Below, piece after piece: positions 18,579-28,400 of a stretch of DNA of 60,285 nucleotides. Where the stretch lies: IMG/VR virus record IMGVR_UViG_3300006865_000001, positions 1 through 60,285 of that record; one strand, given 5' to 3'. Both the position numbers and the translations under genes were made by a program. The DNA comes from a virus. Its lineage: Duplodnaviria > Caudoviricetes. The notes below the pieces were generated by a model. It had not been told where the DNA came from, searched no databases, and was given only the letters and a program-made list of their open reading frames with translations. The stretch's first letter is position 1, and the number at the start of each line of letters is the position of its first letter.

Positions 18579-18738
18579 GCCGCGGTACTCATGCAGTGAC
18601 TGCGGTGTGGCCGGCGCCGATCGGCCACTGAACGAGATGAATCACATTTACCCTACTAAGGGACTATGGGGCACCGTGTGGCTGAATCGGTGCTCGGCGT
18701 GCTACTGGAGGTGGCGAGATGAGGGAGTTAAAATTTAG
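18553..18738 (+). CDS. hypothetical Zn-binding protein
   Basis: CSDC...CSAC. Confidence 0.45.
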   Translation: MSVMATGGEPRYSCSDCGVAGADRPLNEMNHIYPTKGLWGTVWLNRCSACYWRWRDEGVKI

Positions 18739-19087
18739 AGTCTGGACCGGTGAAAGAATGTGGACCGATATCACGGGTTTTGAATGCACCAATGGTCTGA
18801 TTGACGGTGTGTTTATTGACGGAGACTATCGGAATCTATCAAAGGGTGAGGACGGTATAGAACTCATGCAGTTCACCAGCCTCCTAGACAAATCGGGCAA
18901 GGAGATTTACGAGGGGGATGTTGTGAGAACGCCGAATGGAGACTGGGGTGTGATCCAGTACGAAGCCCCGTTTTTTGGCGTTACCGTATCCGACTCCGAA
19001 GTGTCGAACTACCGTCGCGATTGGATGGAGTCGTGCGAAGTCATCGGCAATATCCACAAGAATCCTGAACTAATGGAGGTGATGTGA
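18719..19087 (+). CDS. YopX family protein
   Basis: MRELKFRVW...LMQFT.L.DK.GKEIYEGD...EVIGNIHKNPELM. Confidence 0.92.
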   Translation: MRELKFRVWTGERMWTDITGFECTNGLIDGVFIDGDYRNLSKGEDGIELMQFTSLLDKSGKEIYEGDVVRTPNGDWGVIQYEAPFFGVTVSDSEVSNYRRDWMESCEVIGNIHKNPELMEVM

Positions 19088-19431
19088 TGAGCCACAGAGA
19101 CGAGTGTCTGATTACCACCGTAGAGGAAGCAACCGACTGGCTGGATCGGTATCACCACACTGTCGGGACATTCGACCCGCAGGTACTTCGGGTGATTGAG
19201 GTGTTGGAGCGGCGGCAGAGTGAGGCGTTGCTGGACGCTGAGCGGGAGTGGGTACATATCAACGACCAACTGACCAATGCCAACAGCAACCTGACAGAGG
19301 CCGAAGAGAAGATTGAAAAGTTGGAGGCAGTGCAGGAGAAGTTGCTTGAAGCAGCCGAGGAATGGGCGGGGTACGTGACCGCCGACGATGCACCCCGAAC
19401 TCTGATTGAACATCTCAACAGAGCACTCTAA
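19084..19431 (+). CDS. hypothetical coiled-coil protein
   Basis: Coupled ORF. Confidence 0.6.
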   Translation: MMSHRDECLITTVEEATDWLDRYHHTVGTFDPQVLRVIEVLERRQSEALLDAEREWVHINDQLTNANSNLTEAEEKIEKLEAVQEKLLEAAEEWAGYVTADDAPRTLIEHLNRAL

Positions 19432-19451
19432 CCCATAATGAGACACACAGT

Positions 19452-19619
19452 ATGAAGAGTTTCGACAAGTTGATCACCACCATCCAGGCAGCACAGATCG
19501 AAGCAACCAAGCACGACGCAGGCAACAAGGCAGCCGGCACACGGCTCCGTGGGCTGATGCAGGATGTGAAGGCAGCGGCTGGCGAGGTGCGGGCTGAGGT
19601 ATTGGCGGCTCGGAGGTAG
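19452..19619 (+). CDS. Hc1-family histone H1-like nucleoid protein (55 aa, not in ORF track)
   Basis: MKSFDKLITTIQAAQIEATKHDAGNKAAGTRLRGLMQDVKAAAGEVRAEVLAARR, with the GNKAAGTRxR signature. Confidence 0.8.
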   Translation: MKSFDKLITTIQAAQIEATKHDAGNKAAGTRLRGLMQDVKAAAGEVRAEVLAARR

Positions 19620-19642
19620 CATAGGAGGTGTGACCATACAGT

Positions 19643-19674
19643 AACGGCCCACTGTCACACGGCAGTGGGCCGTT
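19643..19674. terminator. hairpin at the convergence of early and late operons
   Basis: AACGGCCCACTG-8nt-CAGTGGGCCGTT perfect 12-bp stem. Confidence 0.8.
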
Positions 19675-19678
19675 CTTG

Positions 19679-19867
19679 CTACTGCTTACGAGCCGCCCAT
19701 GCCCGCCGTGTCCAACCCGCCACGTTGATACCGAACAGACCACCGACCGCCCCTACCGCAGCAGCTCCAGCAATCACACGCCAGTCCATGCACCCGACCG
19801 AGGGTGGCAATGTGCCGGTTGCCATGGCTCCACCGAGACAGCTTGCTATGCGTCTAGTAGGCTTCAT
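19679..19867 (-). CDS. small membrane protein (possible holin)
   Basis: Hydrophobic segments and basic C-terminus at the end of the lysis region. Confidence 0.4.
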   Translation of the reverse strand: MKPTRRIASCLGGAMATGTLPPSVGCMDWRVIAGAAAVGAVGGLFGINVAGWTRRAWAARKQ

Positions 19868-20153
19868 CTATCGCCTCCGCTTGCATTTTTTCACATCTGT
19901 CGGACCAGTAACGGTGTGTCTTCTTGACACTCCGATGGTGAACGGGGTAGGACGGATCGGATGCTGCGTAAATATCGCCATACAGCCTTGCATAGCTACA
20001 TGCCAGCGCGTCATCGGCTTTTTTCCCGGCCATATCGATAGCTGCCTTTAGTTCAGATTCGAACTCTTGCCAGTTAATCGGCCGGCAGCAATCGTGAGCA
20101 GAGGCGAGGGTGGGAAGGGTCAGTATCGCAAGTGTGATAATCAGTCTTTTCAC
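19854..20153 (-). CDS. exported hypothetical protein
   Basis: MKRLIITLAILTLPTLASA signal peptide. Confidence 0.6.
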   Translation of the reverse strand: MKRLIITLAILTLPTLASAHDCCRPINWQEFESELKAAIDMAGKKADDALACSYARLYGDIYAASDPSYPVHHRSVKKTHRYWSDRCEKMQAEAIDEAY

Positions 20154-20503
20154 GGTGCTTCCACACTCAACATACCGTTATCCCGTGCCTTGCCGCCGCC
20201 GATGGCCCATGTGAACCAGAACCAATATCTCGCCCTGGCCCACCGACCCTCAGCCTTGAGGATGTCCTGTAGAACCTGGCTGCACTCCCAATTACTCAGG
20301 CGGGTACCGTCATCCCACATGCCGGTGTTGCAGAGCTGGTCATGCACCCACCAGCCGGCGCTGTTGATGTCCGTGGCTCCGGTTGCTCCATCGTAGATGC
20401 CTGCTCGGACAGTGACTGATTTACCGTAGCGCGGGGAGGTGTAGGTGAAATCCTCATGCAACTGGTACTTGCCGTCTTCAAGTACCGTCTGGTTGATTCT
20501 CAT
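20150..20503 (-). CDS. DUF1353-like protein
   Basis: L.EDFTY...DGA...WWVHDQLC pattern, near lysis genes. Confidence 0.65.
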   Translation of the reverse strand: MRINQTVLEDGKYQLHEDFTYTSPRYGKSVTVRAGIYDGATGATDINSAGWWVHDQLCNTGMWDDGTRLSNWECSQVLQDILKAEGRWARARYWFWFTWAIGGGKARDNGMLSVEAP

Positions 20504-20736
20504 CGTTTCACCTCATATCGAAACTCGGCGCCGGCTTGCCAATTGGTCGTGCCGTCGCGGAACAGTTCGCTTACTGATCGTCCGACCTGGGCGCGGTATG
20601 TCACTCCGGTGAGGGTGTGACCACATCCGGTGAGCAGGAACAGTGTGGCCGCTGCGACCGCAATTCGACAACTCGATCCGTAGCGGCGTACAGTTTGGCA
20701 AGCGTCCGGTCGGCGCTGAGTCTGAGTTCCTTGCAC
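20500..20736 (-). CDS. putative lipoprotein (possible spanin component)
   Basis: AGGAGA then GTG 20736; LFLLTGC lipobox; overlaps ORF 20601-20804 in another frame. Confidence 0.4.
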   Translation of the reverse strand: MQGTQTQRRPDACQTVRRYGSSCRIAVAAATLFLLTGCGHTLTGVTYRAQVGRSVSELFRDGTTNWQAGAEFRYEVKR

Positions 20737-20800
20737 AATGTCTCCTGGCTTACCAGAGCGGCGAGATTCGTGGCTGCAACGAGTGCTTCCACGATGACTC

Positions 20801-20998
20801 TCATCGGGCGGCCTGCGGGGTAGGAGCCTGCTGCACGTTGCGTTGGCGACAGTTCCGACACTCGACCGGGTTGCGCTTGGCGCACTCCTGCACGTTGTTG
20901 CCATGGACACAATGGCCCATCGCGTAGCTGCAATATGCCCCACCCCGGGTGCCGTATGACTCTAGCATCTTGATCCGTTGACTGTCTTCCATGATCAC
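20801..20998 (-). CDS. small Cys-rich hypothetical protein
   Basis: GAGGTGTGATCATG junction after the endolysin. Confidence 0.45.
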   Translation of the reverse strand: MIMEDSQRIKMLESYGTRGGAYCSYAMGHCVHGNNVQECAKRNPVECRNCRQRNVQQAPTPQAAR

Positions 20999-21001
20999 AC
21001 C

Positions 21002-21652
21002 TCACCGGGCCTCGTATTCCTTCACTGACCGCATGACCTCGATCTTCATCCTACGTGCCCATGTATCCAAGAACTGCATCTGAGCGGGGTTGTGATCAAC
21101 TATCTGGATATACCGCCCGTGGGTCAAGCCGACCAGATGGACGAACAGCAACGTCTGGTCAACTTCGTTCAGCCGGCGCACGGTGCCCGGGCCGATATTA
21201 CCGTCAACGGCGATGGGTGGTCGAGGGTAGCCTGCATAGTTGATTGCTCTTTGCATGATCCGTGCTGCGGTACCTTGGCCTTGGTTGACAGCCCATCCAA
21301 AATAGACGTTGGCGATGATCTGTGACCGCCACTCGTCGCACCGGCTGGCACCCCAAAAGTCCCGAGAGTAGATCACGGCTGCTCGGTCAAGGGTCAGGTT
21401 CCGGATATCCTCATTCGGGTAGCTGTTGGCCGCGATGCCGTACTTGGTACCCTTGAGATCGCCCTTGCCGATGGCACCGCCGGTCCAGTTACCCCGGTCG
21501 CCGCGCATTGCTTGGTAGCCGCCCTCATGTGCGAATGTGGCTTTGAGTGCCGGCTTGATGTCGGCAGCATGGGCGGTGGTGGCGAGGGCGAGTAGGATGA
21601 GTGCTGCGAGTATGCTGGTCACACCTTCCCGCCTCGCTTTTGTTATGGTCAT
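21002..21652 (-). CDS. GH108 endolysin with N-terminal signal peptide
   Basis: HEGGY...GTKYGI, AVNQG, VDGNIGPGT, and F..TW..R C-terminal peptidoglycan-binding pattern. Confidence 0.9.
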   Translation of the reverse strand: MTITKARREGVTSILAALILLALATTAHAADIKPALKATFAHEGGYQAMRGDRGNWTGGAIGKGDLKGTKYGIAANSYPNEDIRNLTLDRAAVIYSRDFWGASRCDEWRSQIIANVYFGWAVNQGQGTAARIMQRAINYAGYPRPPIAVDGNIGPGTVRRLNEVDQTLLFVHLVGLTHGRYIQIVDHNPAQMQFLDTWARRMKIEVMRSVKEYEAR

Positions 21653-21666
21653 TGGTTACTCCTCAT

Positions 21667-23496
21667 TCAGTCAAACGCTAGCGAAAATTCAACGCCATCG
21701 AGCGAAACGTAATTGTTTGCACCGTAGCTCAGTGAAACCTCCCCGGCTGCAGAGATGATCATCTCTCCTGTCACCGCCGTAACACCGTTGTAGCAGAGTA
21801 CGTGGAATCGTTTAGCAGACGCCGGACGTGCGCCGACCGGAAGCGTGAAAATGGTAGTGCCGAGAGTGCCGCTCTTGATAAGGCCCGCGAGCCGCACTCT
21901 GCCGTTGTCCACCCACCACGCTGCCACCGGGTTACCTCCTCCGAAATCCACCCAGGAGTTGGAGAGTGCCGGGTTAGTAACGGCGATGTCGGCGTCAGTG
22001 GTCATCGAGACTGCTCCTGCTGCATAGACAATGCCGTCGCCAAACCTACCCCCCTCCATCTGTAGTGAGGGTGTGGCTACGTTTAGACCGGCGATGGTAT
22101 TCGCTGCACTGGTACAGTCGAAAAGGCGGGTACTGAGACTGGCAATATCGAAGCCCCGTACACCATTGGCTCTGGCGCGGCACCTGACTAGGTCGATATT
22201 GGTTGCCCCAAGTTCGATGAGGAATCCGGTATTCAGGCCACTGTTCACTACACCATCAATGATGGTCACATAGTTAGCCGTCGCACTCACCTGCACCCCG
22301 AAACCTGTCACGTTGGTGATACTGATTTTGTTGATAGTGATGTCTTCGGCTACGTTTCCTGGCAACCCGTTTATCTGCAAACCAAAGCTGGTGTTGTTGA
22401 TAATCACATCGGACACGTCGATATGGCCCAGATTGTCGGATGCAGCGAACAGTACCAGCCCACCGCCTACACCCTGCGTGGTGGACTGAATGTTGATGCC
22501 AGAGTAAGAGGATTGGCCGCTCTGAGCGTAGCTATCAGACTTGATAATGACACCTTCCCCTGTGCAATCTTTCGCCCACAGCCCGATACCAGTTGAGTTG
22601 GTTGCCTTGAACACGATACCATGCAGACCATACTGAGTACGGATGTTTTTAACAAAAGCACCGTCCACATACTCGCACAGAAACCCGTGGTTCATTGTGG
22701 TGCCGGCTGTATCTTTCAGCAACACTTGGATATTTTCAGCTCGGAATCCCTTGAACGGTGCCGTTGCCGCGGGGTGGGTGCTGAGGTTGGCGATAGTAAA
22801 CCCCTCCTGGGACGTACCCCCATAAAGGGCATCGCACACGGTCAGCCCGCAGTCAACGCCGAGGTCGAGCACCGTAACATTGTGAGCGAAGACCATGAAC
22901 GAACCCTGTATGATTGTACCGTTTTCCAGTGCCGTGTTGCCGGCGTTGACATTGGGCATCTTTGCGCCGGCAAAGGTAACGCTGTTTTTTGTTAGATGGC
23001 CAGCCTCAGTGTCATAGGGGGAGATGTACACTGTGGGGAGCAGTCGGACCGTGCCACCCGCAACAAGGGAGTTGACCGCTGCGGCTACGGTTGCAGCCGC
23101 GCCACCGGAACCCCACCACTCAGGGCGTGCTTCTTTCAGACCAACGATACTGCCGGCCCCTGCAAACACTTGTCTAGCACCGTGGTCAGGCGATTCACCG
23201 AGAAATCTGAAGGTGGTCGTGTTGCCGAGCGACCCATCGGCCGTGATAACCAGTTTCCTGTCAGCCGGCCAACCGTGCAGGGTGGCGCTGGAGATATTAC
23301 TCTGCACAGCACTCAGCGCATGAGTAACCACCACTGTCTTGCCGGCAGCATCAGCGGCAGCGGCAGCGGCAGCCAGTGTGGTCTTGACAGCGTAGGTGCC
23401 ATTAGACCCCTGCACCAAGATAGCGGCAGGAGCCGGTGAGCCGCAGCCACACAGCGCCAGCACGGTTACTACGGTGATCAGTATGCGCGTGATCAT
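21667..23496 (-). CDS. tail spike/fiber-like beta-helix protein
   Basis: RPEWWG motif, beta-helix composition, C-terminal IFTLPVGARP module; N-terminal LALCGC lipobox-like segment. Confidence 0.75.
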   Translation of the reverse strand: MITRILITVVTVLALCGCGSPAPAAILVQGSNGTYAVKTTLAAAAAAADAAGKTVVVTHALSAVQSNISSATLHGWPADRKLVITADGSLGNTTTFRFLGESPDHGARQVFAGAGSIVGLKEARPEWWGSGGAAATVAAAVNSLVAGGTVRLLPTVYISPYDTEAGHLTKNSVTFAGAKMPNVNAGNTALENGTIIQGSFMVFAHNVTVLDLGVDCGLTVCDALYGGTSQEGFTIANLSTHPAATAPFKGFRAENIQVLLKDTAGTTMNHGFLCEYVDGAFVKNIRTQYGLHGIVFKATNSTGIGLWAKDCTGEGVIIKSDSYAQSGQSSYSGINIQSTTQGVGGGLVLFAASDNLGHIDVSDVIINNTSFGLQINGLPGNVAEDITINKISITNVTGFGVQVSATANYVTIIDGVVNSGLNTGFLIELGATNIDLVRCRARANGVRGFDIASLSTRLFDCTSAANTIAGLNVATPSLQMEGGRFGDGIVYAAGAVSMTTDADIAVTNPALSNSWVDFGGGNPVAAWWVDNGRVRLAGLIKSGTLGTTIFTLPVGARPASAKRFHVLCYNGVTAVTGEMIISAAGEVSLSYGANNYVSLDGVEFSLAFD

Positions 23497-23753
23497 TTTT
23501 CCTCCAGCGCAGTGATCCTGAGACCCATGCGTTCCATGTCAGATTTAATATCCCGGTCAACATTATCCAGCCGGTTGATTTCCTTGGCTACCTCGGCCCG
23601 CATGACGGGCGCCTGCCAGAACACCGAATAGCTGAGTAGCCCCACGGCTGTGATACAGAGCGCCACGACGGTGTTCATCTTGGTTGTGAGTACCGCTTCC
23701 TTGACCTGCCGGTCGGTGAGGCAATTGGGTGTGAGACAGGATTGCTCAGGCAT
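23493..23753 (-). CDS. single-TM coiled-coil protein (holin-like)
   Basis: TM segment followed by ...RITALEEK. Confidence 0.5.
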   Translation of the reverse strand: MPEQSCLTPNCLTDRQVKEAVLTTKMNTVVALCITAVGLLSYSVFWQAPVMRAEVAKEINRLDNVDRDIKSDMERMGLRITALEEK

Positions 23754-23834
23754 AGTAGGTTCTCCCCGGACGTGGTACCGGTGTCGGTTTTTTGACAGGT
23801 GGTTTGGGACGTTTAATCGGTTTACGTGGCATGG

Positions 23835-24386
23835 TTACCCCTTATACCAGTTATTATCTACCGCTGATCGAACCAGCCGGATACCCACACCCTGTACATC
23901 GAGGTCAATGTACGGTTGGCCCTGCACGGTGCCAGTTGCTGGTGTGATCCTGACAGGATTGACACTGGAGTCGGTCTTGAATATCTCGTAGTAGGCGGGT
24001 GCCAGGGGGTCGTCGGCGGATAGGATGTTGGCGTTGTAAATGGCTGCAGCAGCATCGCCGAATATCTGGAGGGTTGCACCGATACTGCCGGTATCTATAC
24101 CAGACACCATGTCGATTGTATAGATCAGCAGACCGTCTGCATCGTAAAGTGCCACGGAGTATGAACCGTTCAACCACACAGAGGCCCGACCGGCTGCATC
24201 AAGTATGACAGGGTTTGAGTTGGCTATCTGCCCCGTGGCATCAGTGTAAGTTGATTTAGGGAAGGATTGCCCGGGGCCGGCTGTGGTGGTCGGTTGGGCG
24301 GTGTAGAGTAGTCCGCCAGCGGCTGGTGCGCCCGATGGTAGGAACTCGGCAAAGCGTGGCATGGGACAGAGGACTGTCAGAGACAT
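23835..24386 (-). CDS. virion protein with head-binding-like domain
   Basis: G.PAAGGLLYT...TYTD.TG...NSNPVILDAAGRASVWL..G.Y. Confidence 0.7.
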   Translation of the reverse strand: MSLTVLCPMPRFAEFLPSGAPAAGGLLYTAQPTTTAGPGQSFPKSTYTDATGQIANSNPVILDAAGRASVWLNGSYSVALYDADGLLIYTIDMVSGIDTGSIGATLQIFGDAAAAIYNANILSADDPLAPAYYEIFKTDSSVNPVRITPATGTVQGQPYIDLDVQGVGIRLVRSAVDNNWYKG

Positions 24387-24465
24387 GGGGTACCCGCCTG
24401 TATGGGTTGAGAGTCACCACCCTGTATGCTGGTGACTTGTGTGATGACCGTTACCACAATACGAG

Positions 24466-25389
24466 TTAAAAAGCAAGCAATCCTTGTGGGTCGAACGGGT
24501 CGGTTACCCACTGCAACACTTCCTTCATCCCGAGTTGGTTCATGCAGTATTTATACTCGTCAGGGTGTGTGACCATCATTCGGTCAAATCGCCCTGGTTT
24601 TGGTTCCATGTGACAACCGAACGCACAGAACATGCAGCCGGTTCGGTTATACCCCATGTCATACACTGAGCAGTAAGGCACATTGTTGCTCTTGAGATAA
24701 AACCAGACATCTTTCTCAAGCATGATACTCATCGGGCGGGATTGAATCTTTTTCTTATCGAAAGCGTTACAGCCAAATTTCAGATAGTCTTTAAGTCGTA
24801 ATCGGCTGTCACACGCCATCGTGCCAATGAAAGGTTTACGTCCAGTTTCCTTCTCGTATTTCACGAAAGGTGCTTTCTTCATGTAGTAGCAGCATTGTTC
24901 GCTAATCTTGAACGGGGCGTCCAGCAGGTACTTCCATTTCTCAGGGATCACGCCGGCCGACTGTTTCTTGCCTGTCATGAAGTCAATGCCGCCGTTCAAC
25001 CGGTAGTCACGTTGCGCCTGGGATTTAGTGTTCTGATAACGATTGATCGCCGTAGCGACTTCTTTACTGACGACAGGATAACCGAATTTTTCAATGACCT
25101 GATCGAACCGGTGCTTGGGTTTGAGCCACGTGACATTGGTGTGAGTTGCAACATGATCGCGTATCTGTCTGAACTCAAGACCTGTATCTGAGAAAACTAA
25201 GGGTACTTCTGGGTAAAGACGACGCACCCTGTCACGTAGAAACTCGGAATCCTTGCCACCGGAATAAGCGACATACACCTGACCATTCTGTGACTCGTAG
25301 AACTCCTGTATTTTGATGTCCATGTACCGTAGTTTGTACTCAAACGGTAAATGCTGGCGTTCTGTCAATTCCTGATGAGTCACACTCAC
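24466..25389 (-). CDS. PAPS reductase family (PP-loop) protein
   Basis: YSGGKDS, DTGLEF, CC..MKK.P, SRP, RTGCMFC. Confidence 0.9.
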   Translation of the reverse strand: MSVTHQELTERQHLPFEYKLRYMDIKIQEFYESQNGQVYVAYSGGKDSEFLRDRVRRLYPEVPLVFSDTGLEFRQIRDHVATHTNVTWLKPKHRFDQVIEKFGYPVVSKEVATAINRYQNTKSQAQRDYRLNGGIDFMTGKKQSAGVIPEKWKYLLDAPFKISEQCCYYMKKAPFVKYEKETGRKPFIGTMACDSRLRLKDYLKFGCNAFDKKKIQSRPMSIMLEKDVWFYLKSNNVPYCSVYDMGYNRTGCMFCAFGCHMEPKPGRFDRMMVTHPDEYKYCMNQLGMKEVLQWVTDPFDPQGLLAF

Positions 25390-25412
25390 CCCCTATGTCA
25401 AGTCACACGGGG

Positions 25413-25441
25413 AGCATACAGTTAATTGCATTGAGAGTCAA
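25413..25441 (-). promoter_or_regulatory. sigma70-type promoter for the PAPS-reductase-family gene
   Basis: TTGACT-17-TATGCT. Confidence 0.7.
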
Positions 25442-25445
25442 TAGG

Positions 25446-28400
25446 CTATTTACCCTTGCTCTCGTTGAACCGCCGCTTGGCGTCTTCTACCAGTTTCTTC
25501 CATTTAGCGTCACCCATCATACTCGATTTGGGTACATCGAATAGGGTCTTACGTAAGTTGGCTAGATTGGATGGCAGGATCACAGCCTGTTCTGCTTTGC
25601 CGGCAAACTCACCAATCTCAGGATGGTTCGCATACTTAACCACATCAGCGGCGGGTATATCCACGAATGATAAACGGCCTTTAGTTCCAGCGGTTTCCGA
25701 GGCGGTCTGACCGAAGTGCTCGGCAGCTTCCCGGTCCAGGCTGAACCATCGACCAGCGGACGTATCAGCTGCTGTTGTTGCGAACTTGGGTGTCTCGCCA
25801 CGGTACAACCGCACAAGACCTTTTGCCACGATGGGCTCCACGAATGACGCAGCGGCATCCCATGATTTCAAGGTGATACCACCGATGGGTAGTGCTTTCA
25901 TCACGTTACCCACCAACTGACGCCGCTCTGCTGACGACATTTCCTTGCCGCCCGTGCGTAACAGTTCACGTGCCTCCTGCTTGGTGGTGTCGGCGGGTTG
26001 CACACTGGCTTCGGGTCCACCACCCTGTGCCTCCGATGGTGGTCCAGCCTGTGTAGCCATTATCTGGATGAAATACGGCTTGAGCGTGTCGGCTGCGCGC
26101 TGGCTGATGTCCGTGTATTTTTTAGCACGGTAGATTTCCATCAGCGATGCGGCCACATTGCCATCCAGTAGTCCGTCCTGTATGATCTGGTCTACCCGCG
26201 CCTCGGCTGATTTCATGGGATTCTTGACCACAGCGCCGACAGCCCCCTTGATCGAGTTCATCAGCCAGCCGGCCTTGGCAAGTACCGCACCGAACATAGA
26301 CACCTTGTCACCGAGTGCCAGTAGGTCCAGCTTCTCGGCGGTATTGCTACCCCTGAGTGTGGCTACCACGTTGCTGCGTTCGGATATTTCCAGTGTATGC
26401 GCCCAATCCATCACCGCCCGGGTGCTACCGAAGTATTTACCGATGCTCGGGCCAAACTGCTTCTTGGCGAATTTGATAGCCATTCGAGCCGACATGGTGG
26501 GATTACGCAGGGAGTCCACCCCCAGGCCGTCAAGGTGGGTGCGTATCGCCTTGGGCAGCTGACCCTTGATGATCTGCTCCACGTCCTTGGTCAGACCGAG
26601 AGTGTTCAGCACCTCGGCATTGTCGCGTAGGAAGCGTTCGGCTGCCGGTACACTCATCACGCCGGTTGACGGCTCGATAGCTGCCTTGGTGAACCGTGTG
26701 ACCACGTGCGGGTAGACCAGCTCGCCGGCTGCCTGCCGACCGGCTGTGAACCTGGCTGCTTGGTCTACGGGTCCGGTGGCCGGCACGTAAGGCATCTTGG
26801 CTCTGACCAGTTCAAACGCACCACGGGGCGTGAACACCTTGTCGGGTATCTGCTCCAGCGGGGTATTCAGACCGCCGTACTGATCGCCCTTCTTGAGGAT
26901 ACCGGCGATGGTATCCCGGGCGAAGCGGTCTTTCTGTTCTTCGCGGGTATACCGGCGTGCGCTGGCGTAGCTGGCCGCCACATCCTCGGCTGGTTGGGCG
27001 GCGGTCAGGGTGTCCTGTAGCGCCTGGCGGCGAGTGGTCAGTTCGGTGAGGGTGTTGGACGCAGGTGCCGTAGGTGCTGCTGGTTGCGGTGCAGCCTTGA
27101 TTTCCTGCCACTCAGCGCCTAGACGCTTCATCGCGCCGGCATGACCACCTTCTGATTTCATGTACTCGGACATTTTGGAGCCAGTAAACTCGTTCCATGT
27201 CTGCTGTGGTGCAGGCGGCGGCGTGACTGCGGTACCCTGCTGCCCCTCTAGCGGCACCGGTTTGCCAGCCTTCTCATACTCCTTGGTCAACCTGGCAGCG
27301 TAAACCGCATCCGACTCCCCCGTCACCTTCATCATACCAGGTTGAGCACCCATCTCAGCACGCATAGTTGCTAGGTCGGGCTTGGCGCCGGCTGCTTGCT
27401 CTGCGGCAATGCGTTCATCGAGTGTGGCTATCTGGCTGCGTAGCTTGCTCGGGTAGATGATACGCCCCTCATGGATAGCTACATCCCCCGCCTCGGCAGA
27501 CTTGCCCATCGCCTCAAACGAGTCCCACACACCCTGTTTGACACGTTGCAATGCCGATGCTGCCGCCCGGTCGCCTGACTGGATAGCCTGACTGATCCTA
27601 CCATCAATGGTCTCCTTAATCGACTTGAGACCACCAGCCGTCTTGTCAGCACCCTTGGCGAACGCAGCCACACCCTCTACGGCCTTGCGCGCCGTCTCGT
27701 CCAGGTTGCTATCGAGTGTTGTCTGTAGAGCGTCATCGAACTCAACACGGGGCATCTCGTACTTATACCCCTCTTGGTTGAACAGCCGCTTGACCTCCGG
27801 TGCCACCTGGGCTTCCGACTCCTGCACCGACTTGATGATCCGCTCGCCTGTCGTGCTGGCGTACTCGCTGGCTGGTAGCTGCTCACCTCTACCGACTTGC
27901 CGGTTGACACGGGTCAGGGCGGTATCGGCGTTGACGGCGCTGTTGAGGTTCACCCGCTCATCGAATGGCATGGTGCCGTCGCTGGTACCCCTGGTCTTGT
28001 ACTTGAGCCGTTGCTTCTGCTCCAGGGCAAGTAGTTTACCACCCTCGCGTTGGCCAGCTGACGGTTGCAGTGGTCGCTGACCCGGGCGGTCGGCGTTCAG
28101 GCGGTTGAACAGCGCGTCGTCACGGTTGCGGGTAGCCTGTTTGACCTGAGCCAACCGGTTGCTGTCGGTGACGGCGGTGCGCTCGGCAAATCCCGGGTCG
28201 GTCGTCTTCCAATTACCCCCAACACCCGTGGCAGCGTCACCGAACTCCTGGGCCGCGTTGATACGATTACGGGCAGGGCTGAATGGGGCACCACGCTGGA
28301 TGAGGTTGCGTCCACCCTGTACCAGCGCACCAGCACCCTTGGCAAGTACGGCACCACCCATCTCCAAACTGGCACCGGTCGCAAGCTGGTTGACTGTTTT

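Noticed and set aside
24475-24501. Similarity of FDPxGL to the light-harvesting protein FDPLGL motif
   Set aside because: The proteins are soluble and DNA-related with no chlorophyll-binding helices, so the match is treated as coincidental.
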